Source: a virus
Lineage: Duplodnaviria > Caudoviricetes
IMG/VR virus record: IMGVR_UViG_3300020161_000089
Span: 1 to 38,369 of that record
DNA: 38,369 nucleotides
Reading direction: 5' to 3' (one strand)
The notes under the pieces are model-generated. The model ran no database searches. It saw only the letters and a program-made list of their open reading frames with translations, and had not been told where the DNA came from. Each line of letters begins with the position of its first letter. The first letter of the stretch is position 1. This document shows, piece by piece, positions 23,578 to 33,269 of the stretch. The translations under genes were made by a program, and so were the position numbers.

Positions 23578-23620
23578 TGAGCGAGCCTAAATATAACTAA
23601 GCTCATAATGGAGAAGTAAA

Positions 23621-24571
23621 ATGGCAGACCAAGCAGAAATGCAGTCAGCAGAAAGTCGTATGTTGGCTATGCTAGACGATTTTGAAGAAGAAGCACCACA
23701 AGAAGAAGTTCCAACTGAGGAAGTCGCATAGCAAGAGGAAACGGAAGGTGAGTCAGAACCAGAAGCGGAAGATGAAACAGAAAGCGAGGACTCGGAAGAA
23801 CAACCAGAGCAGACTGTTAAATTAAAAGTTAATGGTGAGGAAATTGAAAAGCCTATCAATGAAGTAGTAGCATTAGCACAGCAAGGACTAGATTACACCA
23901 AGAAAACGCAAGAGGTAGCAGAGCAACGTAAAGAGTTAGAAGCCTACGCTCAAACCATACAGGTTCAAGAGCAAAGTTTCAGACAACAAGTTCAACTGCA
24001 AAACGCTTTAATTGGTGACGTAGCGCAACTAACAAACATTGACCAACGACTTGAAGCCTTTAACAACGTAAACTGGCAAGAGTTATCAGACAATGATTTT
24101 GTAGAAGCGCAAAAACTGTTCTTTACTTATAACCAACTGCAACAAACACGTAGTCATTTGGCTACGGAACTTGAAGCTAAATCTAGACAGATTACAGAGC
24201 AACAGAATCAATTATTAACTGAACGCATCGCAAAAGGTAAAGAGGTTCTAGCTAAAGAGATACCGAACTGGAGTAGAGATACCAGCCAGCAAATTATTTC
24301 AACAGGCAAAGAGTACGGCTTTACAGACGATGAACTCGGAATGATTGTTGACCCTAGACACGTTAAGGTCTTACATGATGCAATGCAATGGCGCAAGTTA
24401 CAATCTAATTCGGTTGTAAAGAACAAAGTTACAAGTGCCAAGCCAGTAGTTAAGCCTGGTGCTAAAGATACAAAAAACGAGAGCAATTCACAATTTAAAC
24501 AGCAACGTGAATCATTACGCAAGACTGGCAAATCTGAATATGCTCAACAATTAATTGAAAGAATGATTTAG
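23621..24571 (+). CDS. capsid scaffolding protein, 316 aa, interrupted by one in-frame TAG at 23729-23731
   Basis: GGAG RBS, ATG 23621, acidic N-terminus, VKLKVNGEEIE..GLDYTKKTQEVAEQRK, NWQEL, in frame with the 24158..24571 track ORF; precedes MCP. Confidence 0.85.
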
Positions 24572-24580
24572 GAGTAATAT

Positions 24581-25534
24581 ATGGCAGTTTCAGCAACCAA
24601 CACCTATACCGGTCGTGGTATACAAGAGTCTTTTGAAGACGTTATTTTTGACATCTCTCCAGAAGAAACCCCATTTTTATCAACATTAAAACGCATGACG
24701 GCTGGGCAAACCTACCATCAATGGCAAACTGACGCTCTAGCAGCAGCAGGGGCTAATGCTCAAATTGAAGGTGACGATGGTACATTTGCAACATTAGCAG
24801 CAACAACTGTGCTAGGTAACTATGCACAAATCTCACGTAAAACAGTTCAAATCTCTGGCACATACGATGTAGTTAAGAAATACGGTCGTAAATCAGAAGT
24901 TGCTTACCAACTCATGAAAGCTGGTAAAGAACTTAAACGTGACATGGAATATGCTTTAGTTCGCAACCAAGCATCATCAGCAGGTGGCGCAGGTACAGCA
25001 CGTTCTTCAGCAGGTATTGAATCATGGATTACTAACCGTGTTTTAGCAACTGGTTCAACAGCAGGTTCAACACCAGGCTTCTCAGGTGGTACAGTAGTAG
25101 CACCAACAGATGGTACTTCAGTAACTTTCGTAGAAGCTGACTTAAAATCTGCATTGCAATTAGCATGGTTAGACGGTGGCGATCCATCAACAATCTTGAT
25201 GTCAGCTACTAACAAAGCTCGCTTTGCTAACTTTGCTGGTATCGCTACTAAGTACAATCAAGTAAACGGTACTTCACAAGCTACTATTACAGGTGCTGCT
25301 GATATCTATGTTTCAGATTTCGGCAATCACACTGTAAAACTTGACCGCTTCATGCGTGACCAAGTTGTTTTAGGCATTGACCCTGCTTACGTTGGATTGG
25401 CTACATTGCGCCCAATGGAAAAAGTAGAGTTAGCTAAAACTGGTGACTCAAGCAAATGGTTATTGACTACGGAGTACGCTTTAGTAGTACAAAATCCTGA
25501 TGCTCACTGCAAGATTCAGAACACAGGGGCATAA
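24581..25534 (+). CDS. major capsid protein (DUF5309/SU10-like)
   Basis: ISPEETPF, HQWQTDAL, GNYAQISRK, KELKRDME, YVSDFG, LAKTGD; RBS AGGAG. Confidence 0.92.
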   Translation: MAVSATNTYTGRGIQESFEDVIFDISPEETPFLSTLKRMTAGQTYHQWQTDALAAAGANAQIEGDDGTFATLAATTVLGNYAQISRKTVQISGTYDVVKKYGRKSEVAYQLMKAGKELKRDMEYALVRNQASSAGGAGTARSSAGIESWITNRVLATGSTAGSTPGFSGGTVVAPTDGTSVTFVEADLKSALQLAWLDGGDPSTILMSATNKARFANFAGIATKYNQVNGTSQATITGAADIYVSDFGNHTVKLDRFMRDQVVLGIDPAYVGLATLRPMEKVELAKTGDSSKWLLTTEYALVVQNPDAHCKIQNTGA

Positions 25535-25540
25535 TGTAGG

Positions 25541-25569
25541 TTGATGTTTATGTAAAAGTATGCTATCCT
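25541..25569 (+). promoter_or_regulatory. sigma70 promoter of HNH gene
   Basis: TTGATG-17-TATCCT with extended -10 TG. Confidence 0.55.
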
Positions 25570-25600
25570 ATGTTCTTTAACTAGAAGATGGGATAGTATA
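25559..25600 (+). promoter_or_regulatory. RBS/start-occluding hairpin
   Basis: TATGCTATCCTAT pairs with ATGGGATAGTATA (13 pairs, 2 G-U), inner TTCT/AGAA; ends on the A of the ATG. Confidence 0.65.
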
Positions 25601-26187
25601 TGACTTGTTATTTAGATGGATGTAATGGAAAAGTTTATTCGTTTGGTTTGTGTAAGAAACATTATAGACGCATCAAACAATATGGAACACCTGAAGGTGG
25701 CGCAAAAGCTAGAGGAACACTAGAAGAAAGGTTTTGGAAGAAAGTAGATAAGCGTACTGAAAACGAATGCTGGAATTGGACTGGTGCTAAAAGTTCAAAG
25801 AAATACGGATTTATTGGTGCAGGTGGTGCAGGCGGTAAAATGATTGGCGCACATAGAGTGAGCTATCAATTAGCAAATGGTGATTTAATAGATACTGATT
25901 ATGTATTGCATTCCTGTGATAATCCTAGTTGCGTAAATCCAAATCACTTACGAAAAGGCACTCAAAGCGAAAACATTAAAGAGGCTTTTGATAAAGGTAG
26001 AAAGACTACGTTTACACCATCTGGTGAAGATAACTCAAGGTCTAAGCTAACAGTAGAAAAAGTAAAGTTTATTAAATCAAACCCACAATTAGGGCATAAA
26101 GAAATTGCCGATATGTTTGGACTATCACCTAACTGCATAAGAGGTGTTAGAATTGGCAGAACATGGAAGGATGTAAATGCTTTTTGA
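25600..26187 (+). CDS. HNH homing endonuclease
   Basis: N-terminal C..C..CKKHY, RFWKKVDK..CWNWTG, AHRVSY, VLHSCDNPSCVNPNHL..GT..EN, C-terminal SKLT-HTH. Confidence 0.92.
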   Translation: MTCYLDGCNGKVYSFGLCKKHYRRIKQYGTPEGGAKARGTLEERFWKKVDKRTENECWNWTGAKSSKKYGFIGAGGAGGKMIGAHRVSYQLANGDLIDTDYVLHSCDNPSCVNPNHLRKGTQSENIKEAFDKGRKTTFTPSGEDNSRSKLTVEKVKFIKSNPQLGHKEIADMFGLSPNCIRGVRIGRTWKDVNAF

Positions 26188-26497
26188 TTTTAACAAAGAT
26201 ACAGGTGTAACACAGACGTTTCACTACGATGACGCAACAGGTGATGTTAGTTTAACCTCACACCAGAATTTAGACGCTTTCTTTGAGGAAGTTAAAAGAA
26301 AACGTGATGACCCTGACGCATGGAAGAAAGGCGTTAAGGAAGAATGGGCGCATTATGCAAGCATACCGCCTGTTATAGAGATGCAATTACGCAAGAAGGG
26401 TATTGACATTAACAACCCATTGCAAACAAAAGAACTATTAAAAGAGATAAACACTAATTATCCATTTCTTAAAGTTACAACAGCTACGGTGAAATAA
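26177..26497 (+). CDS. conserved hypothetical protein downstream of capsid
   Basis: WAHYASIPPVI...KKGID. Confidence 0.7.
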   Translation: MLFDFNKDTGVTQTFHYDDATGDVSLTSHQNLDAFFEEVKRKRDDPDAWKKGVKEEWAHYASIPPVIEMQLRKKGIDINNPLQTKELLKEINTNYPFLKVTTATVK

Positions 26498-27837
26498 TGG
26501 ATAAAAACGAATTAAAAGATTGTCAACTAGCAATACATGATTTAATTGAGCGTGATGATTTTGAGAACGCATTACCAATAATCTATGCGGTGCTTGAGAA
26601 CTATCCAGATGATGCGCCTACAATACACTTTTTAGGCTATATATGGCTACTATCAGGTAAAGAGGCACTAGCCTATCAAATGTTCAAACGTGCGGTAGAA
26701 CTGCAACCAAACAACAAGGCATTATGGACATCACTAGGTAGAGCTTATCATGAGATGGATAGACAAATAGAGGCGATTAACTGTTTTGTTAAGTCTGCCG
26801 AGCTAGACCCAAATTACACAATGGCATATTCCAATATGTCAGCAACATTAGTACAGTTATCAGACTGGAGTGGTGCAGAGAAAGCCTCTACAATGGCACT
26901 AGAATGCTCACCAAGCGATTTAAATGCACAGCTTAACCTAGCACATTGCCACTTAGCTAAAGGCGAGTGGGATAAGGGCTGGCAACAATGGGCTAAGTCA
27001 TTAGGCGGTAAGTTTCGCAAAGAATATATCTACGGTGACGAACCTAGATGGAATGGCTCAGCAGAAAAGAATTTAGTTATCTATGGCGAGCAAGGTTTAG
27101 GTGACGAGATATTTTATGCAAGCTGTGTGAATGATGCGATTGAGATAAGCAACAAAGTTTATATTGACTGCGATCCAAAGCTAGAAGGATTATTTAAACG
27201 TAGCTTCCCACAAGCAGAAGTGCATGGAACTCGTAAGATTGATAACCCAAGATGGCTAGAAAATGCTACAATAGATGCTAGATGCTCAATAGGTTCTTTA
27301 CCAGAGTTTTTTAGGCATGATGATAGTGACTTTAAAGGTGAGCCATATTTAAAAGCAGACCAAGAAAGACGCTTAATGTGGCGAGCATTGTTTGACTCCT
27401 ACGATAAGCGTGTTATCGGCATTACAACGCATGGCGGTAGTAAGATGACTAACGCTAAAGGTCGTAAGCTAACCGATAAAGACTTAGCGCCACTACTTAA
27501 GCAAGATTTTGTATTTGTATCACTAGATTACAACGTAGAAGATAAGATAGACGGTGTTAAATACTTTGAATGGGCGACAAACTCAAATGATTATGATGAT
27601 ACTGCTGCGCTTATTGCGGAATTAGACGGTGTTGTAGGTGTTAATACCACAGCATTACATTGTGCAGGTGCTTTGGGTGTTCCTACATGGGTGCTAGTGC
27701 CTAAATGTCATCAATGGCGATATGCAAGACCAACAATGCTATGGTACAAATCTATGACAATGGTTAAGCAAGGCGATAAAGGTTGGCTAGAGGTTGTAGC
27801 TGGTGTATGGCGTGATGTAGTAAAAGCATTATGCTAA
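26497..27837 (+). CDS. TPR-repeat GT-B glycosyltransferase (FlmG/FlbA- or GT9-like)
   Basis: About 4-5 TPRs, then WNGS..LVIYGEQGLGDEIFY, IGSLP, YLKAD, FVSLDY, DTAALIAELD.VV.V.T..LH.AGALGVPTWVL, WY.SM. Confidence 0.85.
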   Translation: MDKNELKDCQLAIHDLIERDDFENALPIIYAVLENYPDDAPTIHFLGYIWLLSGKEALAYQMFKRAVELQPNNKALWTSLGRAYHEMDRQIEAINCFVKSAELDPNYTMAYSNMSATLVQLSDWSGAEKASTMALECSPSDLNAQLNLAHCHLAKGEWDKGWQQWAKSLGGKFRKEYIYGDEPRWNGSAEKNLVIYGEQGLGDEIFYASCVNDAIEISNKVYIDCDPKLEGLFKRSFPQAEVHGTRKIDNPRWLENATIDARCSIGSLPEFFRHDDSDFKGEPYLKADQERRLMWRALFDSYDKRVIGITTHGGSKMTNAKGRKLTDKDLAPLLKQDFVFVSLDYNVEDKIDGVKYFEWATNSNDYDDTAALIAELDGVVGVNTTALHCAGALGVPTWVLVPKCHQWRYARPTMLWYKSMTMVKQGDKGWLEVVAGVWRDVVKALC

Positions 27838-28340
27838 TTACAGACGAATATAAGGCTATGCAAGCCAAACTGCATGAGAATCCTGATTACGGTGTATCTA
27901 GCACATTCTTTGCACCGATTGTTGATAGTGTTGTTGAGTCTAACAACATTAAAGAGATACTAGACTATGGTGCTGGTAAATGTAGGCTTAAAGATTGTTT
28001 AACGGTAAGCGTTAAATACAGAGCATACGAACCTAGCAATCCTTTATGGGATAAGAAGCCAGAACCTGCGGAATTAGTTTGTTGCATTGATGTCTTAGAA
28101 CACATAGAACCTGATTGCTTAGAGTCTGTCTTAGATGATTTAAAAAGATTATGCCTACCTTACGGATTGTTTACTATTCATACCGGTGCGGCACAAAAGA
28201 TATTACCTGATGGTCGTAATGCTCATTTAATACAAGAGGATTGGACTTGGTGGAAAGAGAAACTAGACAGCCGATTTACAATCATCAAACATTTAATTAT
28301 TGATACAGGCATCATTGTGTTTGTTAAGAATAAGGATTAA
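27831..28340 (+). CDS. class I SAM-dependent methyltransferase
   Basis: ILDYGAGK motif I, YEP, VCCIDVLEHIEPD, LPDGRNAHL. Confidence 0.85.
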   Translation: MLITDEYKAMQAKLHENPDYGVSSTFFAPIVDSVVESNNIKEILDYGAGKCRLKDCLTVSVKYRAYEPSNPLWDKKPEPAELVCCIDVLEHIEPDCLESVLDDLKRLCLPYGLFTIHTGAAQKILPDGRNAHLIQEDWTWWKEKLDSRFTIIKHLIIDTGIIVFVKNKD

Positions 28341-28342
28341 AC

Positions 28343-28948
28343 ATGGCATTTGCTACATATTCAGAATTTCAGACACTTGTTGCTAACTATGCGGCACGTA
28401 CAGACTTAACAACGCAAATACCTGACTTTATCACATTTGCTGAGAATAGATTGTCACGCAGTTTACGCACCTCACCTATGCTGTCCACTTCAGCTTTAAC
28501 AATTACAACTGGTTCAGCAACAATCCCAACTGATTTACTAGAACTACGAGATATCTATATAGACACTAACCCTGTTACTTATATTGAGTATCTAACACCT
28601 GACCAGTTCTACAAAAATGTATATGTCAATACTTCAGGCGCTAGTTTCTATTACTCAATTATTGATGGCGTATTTAAGTTTGCACCTTCACCTACATCAC
28701 AGACGACCAATATACTTTACTATGCCAAGCCAACAATCTTATCTGTATCTAATACAACTAACATTTACTTATCTAACTATCCTGATGCTTTGCTATATGC
28801 AACAATGGCTGAACTTGAAACCTATCTAATGAATGATGCTAGGGTGCAACATTGGGCTGCTTTATACGATAGAGCTATTGATAATATCAAAACAAGTGAC
28901 TTAGGATCTAAATATCCTAACACAGCATTAAATGTAACAGCTCATTAA
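28343..28948 (+). CDS. head-tail adaptor / tail tubular protein A-like
   Basis: RTDLTTQIPDFITFAE.RL.R.LR, IPTDLLE, YPDALLYA. Confidence 0.8.
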   Translation: MAFATYSEFQTLVANYAARTDLTTQIPDFITFAENRLSRSLRTSPMLSTSALTITTGSATIPTDLLELRDIYIDTNPVTYIEYLTPDQFYKNVYVNTSGASFYYSIIDGVFKFAPSPTSQTTNILYYAKPTILSVSNTTNIYLSNYPDALLYATMAELETYLMNDARVQHWAALYDRAIDNIKTSDLGSKYPNTALNVTAH

Positions 28949-28958
28949 GGATTAAAAA

Positions 28959-30314
28959 ATGGCAAAGACAAAAATAAGCGAGTGGAGTTCAACACCTGGT
29001 TCAAATACAGATATTGATGGCATCAATCTTGCAGAAGGTATGTTGCCTTCAGACGTTAATAATGCTATGCGTGAGATGATGTCGCAAATAAAAGACCTTC
29101 AATCTGCAAACGGTACTTACTATACAGCCGACTCTGATGCGATTGCCGTTGGTGCTGGTGGTACAGGTGCTATTACTGCCGCTACTGCTAGAACTAACTT
29201 AGGTGTGCCTAGCCTTAGTGGTAATAATACTTTAGCAGGCGTACAAACATTAAGCGGACTAACAGCATCAAGCGCAGTAGCTACTAATGCAAGCAAAGAG
29301 CTAGTAAGCGTAACTAATACAGGTACAGGAAATAATGTACTTGCTACTAGCCCAACTATTACAGGTGCAACATTAACTACTGCAACCCTCAACGGCTCAT
29401 TAGGCGCAACTACTCCATCAACGGTGGTGGCGACAGATTTAACAACCACAGGAAACACTATCTTAGGCAACGCCTCTACCGACACATTAAATGTGGGTAA
29501 TGGTGATTTGATTAAAGATGCCTCTGGCAACGTAGGTGTGGGTACTACACCAGCCAGTTGGATTTCTGCTTGTGATGTAGTTCAAGTTTCTTCTACCGCT
29601 GCACTTTGGGGATATAACAACGGCTCTAAAAGTTGTAATATTTCTGAAAATTTTTATAGGAGTAGTGTGGATTCTGGGTATAAATATATTCAAAATGGGT
29701 ATTCACAGATGTATTCCTTAGAAAATGGTCAACACGTTTGGTACAACGCACCATCAGGCACAGCAGGAAACGCTATTACCTTCACCCAAGCAATGACACT
29801 AGATGCTAGTGGTGGACTTAAAACTCTAAACACTATCGGTGTTGGCAACGCAACCCCATCAGCATCAGGTGCAGGTATTACATTCCCTGCCACACAATCA
29901 GCGAGTACAGATGCTAATACGCTAGATGACTATGAGGAAGGTACTTGGACACCTGCAATTACATATAGTGGAACGTCAACGGCTACATATAGTTTTAGAA
30001 ATGGATATTACACAAAAGTAGGAAACCAAATAACTTTAACTGGAATTATATCATTTAATGAATCTACATCAACAGGAAATGTGTCTATTACTGGATTACC
30101 TTTTACAGCTTTAAATAATACTAGGAATAGAAGTGCATTTGCTCTATTTAGTTTTGGGTGGGTGGGTACAACAGTAGGTCTAATGGGGCAAATCCAAGAG
30201 AACCTAGCGTCAATATATCTATATCTTAATGATAATGCAGCGACAATAGTTACGGCTTCAAATACTGACACAGACCAAGATATAAATTTTACTTGCACTT
30301 ATTTTGGCGCTTAA
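28959..30314 (+). CDS. tail fibre
   Basis: DIDGINLAEGM.PS.VNNA.RE.M anchor, SGNVGVGTT, ITFTQAMTLDASG, NTLDDYEEGTWTP, GYYTKVGN, ITGLPF. Confidence 0.85.
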   Translation: MAKTKISEWSSTPGSNTDIDGINLAEGMLPSDVNNAMREMMSQIKDLQSANGTYYTADSDAIAVGAGGTGAITAATARTNLGVPSLSGNNTLAGVQTLSGLTASSAVATNASKELVSVTNTGTGNNVLATSPTITGATLTTATLNGSLGATTPSTVVATDLTTTGNTILGNASTDTLNVGNGDLIKDASGNVGVGTTPASWISACDVVQVSSTAALWGYNNGSKSCNISENFYRSSVDSGYKYIQNGYSQMYSLENGQHVWYNAPSGTAGNAITFTQAMTLDASGGLKTLNTIGVGNATPSASGAGITFPATQSASTDANTLDDYEEGTWTPAITYSGTSTATYSFRNGYYTKVGNQITLTGIISFNESTSTGNVSITGLPFTALNNTRNRSAFALFSFGWVGTTVGLMGQIQENLASIYLYLNDNAATIVTASNTDTDQDINFTCTYFGA

Positions 30315-30330
30315 TTTAAAGGAACAAATC

Positions 30331-30573
30331 ATGTTTACAGAAACAAAGACAATAGACCAAATTACAATCACCGAGAACGGCACAGTTTTATACCGTGAGG
30401 CTACTCGTATTCTTAAAGATGGTGAGCAGATAGCACAAACCTATCACCGTTCAAGTTTAGCCCCTGCATCAGACTTAGCAAATGTGCCTGAGAACGTAGT
30501 GGCGATATGTAACGTGGCTTGGACACCAGAAATAGTTGAAGCATATCAAGCATCACAACAAGCAATAGGGTAA
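30331..30573 (+). CDS. fibre-associated small protein
   Basis: IDQIT..ENG.V..RE.T.I..DG....YHR, AICNVAWTPE; AAGGA RBS supports ATG 30331. Confidence 0.65.
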   Translation: MFTETKTIDQITITENGTVLYREATRILKDGEQIAQTYHRSSLAPASDLANVPENVVAICNVAWTPEIVEAYQASQQAIG

Positions 30574-30595
30574 TTAGTCTGCCCACTCAGACTAA
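30574..30595. other. intergenic 8-bp hairpin without U-tract
   Basis: TTAGTCTG-CCCACT-CAGACTAA. Confidence 0.45.
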
Positions 30596-30616
30596 ATATT
30601 AAAAGGAAAACACGAA

Positions 30617-30841
30617 ATGGCAAAAGATAAAGAACCCCAAATCGTTAAGATAGATGATGTTGAATACGATGCTAATAATTTCAATGAGCAGCAAGTAGCC
30701 TTGTTTAATCATTGCATTGATTTAGACCGTAAGATTGGTAGCACTACATTCCAATTGCAACAACTGAACGTAGGTAAAGATGCATTCATTAAACTATTGA
30801 AAGAGGCATTGATTGCGACTGATGCGGAAGTGGTGGAGTAA
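30617..30841 (+). CDS. hypothetical coiled-coil protein
   Basis: 74-aa ORF with AAGGA RBS. Confidence 0.7.
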   Translation: MAKDKEPQIVKIDDVEYDANNFNEQQVALFNHCIDLDRKIGSTTFQLQQLNVGKDAFIKLLKEALIATDAEVVE

Positions 30842-31126
30842 ATGATAGAGACCCTGATAGCGAAAGTAAACGCATTCTTTGCAAAACTCTACATACCTTG
30901 TGGTGTCCCTGCCGATAAGCAAGCGCATATGCTATCAGGGTTTTTGATTGCTGTAGTCCTAACCCCGTTTATTGGGGCTTACTCTATCCTAGTAGTGGCT
31001 ACAATAGCAATATTAAAAGAAATATACGACTACGAGCATAAGTCTATTCACACTCCTGACTTTTGGGACTGGGTGGCTACGAGTTTAGGTGGATTATTAG
31101 CATCTTTATTGTTTAGTATGGTTTAA
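30842..31126 (+). CDS. small membrane protein (VanZ/YfiM-like pattern)
   Basis: DKQAH, KEIYD, D.WD..AT.LGG with three hydrophobic segments. Confidence 0.6.
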   Translation: MIETLIAKVNAFFAKLYIPCGVPADKQAHMLSGFLIAVVLTPFIGAYSILVVATIAILKEIYDYEHKSIHTPDFWDWVATSLGGLLASLLFSMV

Positions 31127-31137
31127 CAAGGAATTTT

Positions 31138-32562
31138 ATGGCAACTGTTCGCATCCCATTTAATGAGTGGCTACCAGACCAACCAGCAGTAGCACAGTCT
31201 ATGCAGGATGCAACTAATGTCGTGCCTATTGCTTCAGGTTATGCGCCATTCCCTTTATCTGCTGATTATTCTAATGCGGCATCAGAAAGCCTATTAAATG
31301 TAGGTACAGGTAAGTTTAGCAATGTCACACAATTATTTGCAGGTGGTGCTACTAAACTATTTAAGTTTAACTCTACAACACTTAACCTAGATGATGTATC
31401 AAAAGTAGGTGGCTATAATACTGCATCATGGGATTTTGAACAGTTTGGCGATGTATTGCTTGCCGCTAATGGTATTGATAAAATTCAAGCATGGACAGTT
31501 AATAGCTCTACCGTATTTGCTGACTTGGCTGCTGCCGCACCTGCCGCTAAATATGTTACGGTAGTGCGTGATTTTGTAGTGGCTGCAAACTTAGATGATG
31601 GTGCTAATCCTACTAAAGTTCAATGGTCAGATATAGCAGATGAAACAGACTGGACACCAAGCGCATCATCACAATCAGATTATCAGATAATCCCTGACGG
31701 TGGAAACATTACAGGCATTACAGGTGGCGAAATTGGTTTGATATTCCTAGAGCGTTCAGTCGTTCGTATGTCATATATTGGCAGTCCATTCTTCTTTCAG
31801 TTTGATACTATCTCACGTAATCTAGGTTGTAGATATTCAGGCTCTATTGCTCAATATGGGCAAGTAGCTTACTTTCTTTCTGACGATGGCTTTTACTCAT
31901 GTGATGGCCAAGTGATTATGAGTGTTGGTAACGAAAAGGTAGATAGATACTTTTTTAATAATCTTGACTTAAATAAAGTTAGCACAATTAGTACGGCTAT
32001 TGATCCTATTCGTAAACTAGTCGTATGGAACTATCCTACTGTATCTCAAACACGCTCACTATTGATTTATAACTGGCAATTAAAAAGATGGTCGCAAGCT
32101 GAAACAACAGTAGATTATATTACTAGCGCAGCATCTACAAGCTACACATTAGAAGGACTTGATGCGTTTGGTACGCTTGATACTTTAACATCATCATTAG
32201 ACTCACCGCTATGGTCAGGTGGATATTTCTTATTTGCTGGTGTATCTGGTACAAACATTATTACTTTTACCGGTGCTAATTCAACTGCTAACTTGGTGAC
32301 AAGCGATATAGAGCAAGGTTATAACTCTATTGCTACATTAGGCAGGCCACAGATTGATAACGGCTCTGCTACTGTTGCCGTAGCATCTCGCAAAGAGCTA
32401 GATGATACAATTACATTTTCAACTGCTGTCGCAACGTCATCTGAAGGTAGAGCATCGTTAAGGTCTTATGGTAGATACCATAGATTTGAAGTAGTGCCAA
32501 CGGGTAACTGGACAAGCGCTATGGGCATTGATGTTGATATTACGCCACAAGGGAATCGTTAA
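31138..32562 (+). CDS. tail nozzle / stabilisation protein (P22 gp10 or tubular B-like beta-propeller)
   Basis: FNEWLPDQP, VRDFVV, VQWSDI, FFLSDDGFY, GRYHRF; position before the ejection genes. Confidence 0.8.
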   Translation: MATVRIPFNEWLPDQPAVAQSMQDATNVVPIASGYAPFPLSADYSNAASESLLNVGTGKFSNVTQLFAGGATKLFKFNSTTLNLDDVSKVGGYNTASWDFEQFGDVLLAANGIDKIQAWTVNSSTVFADLAAAAPAAKYVTVVRDFVVAANLDDGANPTKVQWSDIADETDWTPSASSQSDYQIIPDGGNITGITGGEIGLIFLERSVVRMSYIGSPFFFQFDTISRNLGCRYSGSIAQYGQVAYFLSDDGFYSCDGQVIMSVGNEKVDRYFFNNLDLNKVSTISTAIDPIRKLVVWNYPTVSQTRSLLIYNWQLKRWSQAETTVDYITSAASTSYTLEGLDAFGTLDTLTSSLDSPLWSGGYFLFAGVSGTNIITFTGANSTANLVTSDIEQGYNSIATLGRPQIDNGSATVAVASRKELDDTITFSTAVATSSEGRASLRSYGRYHRFEVVPTGNWTSAMGIDVDITPQGNR

Positions 32563-32870
32563 TGTATCGTAATCTAAACTATGCTGGTGGTTCACCACGT
32601 GAGATATCAGAGGTAGTCAATAACATAATGAACGGTAAAACAAATAATACTGGCACAGTGACATTGGCGGTAGCAAGCGCAACAACGACTACGATTAACG
32701 ATGAAAGAATTGGTTATAACTCTATTATTACATTTATGCCAACAACGGCTAATGCCGCTAGTGCGTTGACAAACTTATATGTAAGCGCAAGAACTAAAGG
32801 TAGTGCAACACTAACACATTCAGCAAACGTAGCAGCAGACAAAACATATAGTTATATAATAGTAGGATGA
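32562..32870 (+). CDS. small tail structural protein
   Basis: NNIMNGKTNNTGTVTL, Thr-rich. Confidence 0.65.
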   Translation: MYRNLNYAGGSPREISEVVNNIMNGKTNNTGTVTLAVASATTTTINDERIGYNSIITFMPTTANAASALTNLYVSARTKGSATLTHSANVAADKTYSYIIVG

Positions 32871-33259
32871 TAGTTAAATACATTACTAAAGACCAATTAC
32901 GAGCAAACTGGCCGTTTGTTAAAGTTGGCTTGGAAAAGGTAAGAGATAAAGGACACAACGACTGGATAGTAGAGGACATTTATTGCGATTGTTACGAGCA
33001 AAGGTCACTACTATTTATGTGTATTAACGATGATGTAAATATAGGCTTTATGGTAATGCAACCTAACGGACATTCTATGCACCTATGGGCAGCTTGGCTA
33101 GATAACCATCAAGATATAACAGAAGGGTTATTTCACGCTAAGGCTATCGCTAAAGAAGGTGGCTATAATAAATTAACTTTTACATCTGCTCGTAGAGGGT
33201 GGGATAAGAAAGCAAAACAATTAGGATTTAACCCATCAACATGGGAAATGAAAGTTTAA
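32867..33259 (+). CDS. P22 gp14-like / GNAT-like protein preceding ejection genes
   Basis: IGFMVMQ..MHLWAAW, AKEGGYNKLTFTSARRGW; position. Confidence 0.55.
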   Translation: MIVKYITKDQLRANWPFVKVGLEKVRDKGHNDWIVEDIYCDCYEQRSLLFMCINDDVNIGFMVMQPNGHSMHLWAAWLDNHQDITEGLFHAKAIAKEGGYNKLTFTSARRGWDKKAKQLGFNPSTWEMKV

Positions 33260-33269
33260 GGAGATAGGA

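Noticed and set aside
23577-23607. ATGAGC/GCTCAT hairpin before the scaffold as a terminator
   Set aside because: Only 6 bp with a long loop and no U-tract; too weak to call
18432-30314. Diversity-generating retroelement or invertible fibre cassette
   Set aside because: No reverse transcriptase, no invertase and no template/variable repeat pair with adenine-specific differences seen
30574-30595. Rho-independent terminator after the fibre genes
   Set aside because: The stem is good, but no U-tract follows on the coding strand and the operon continues
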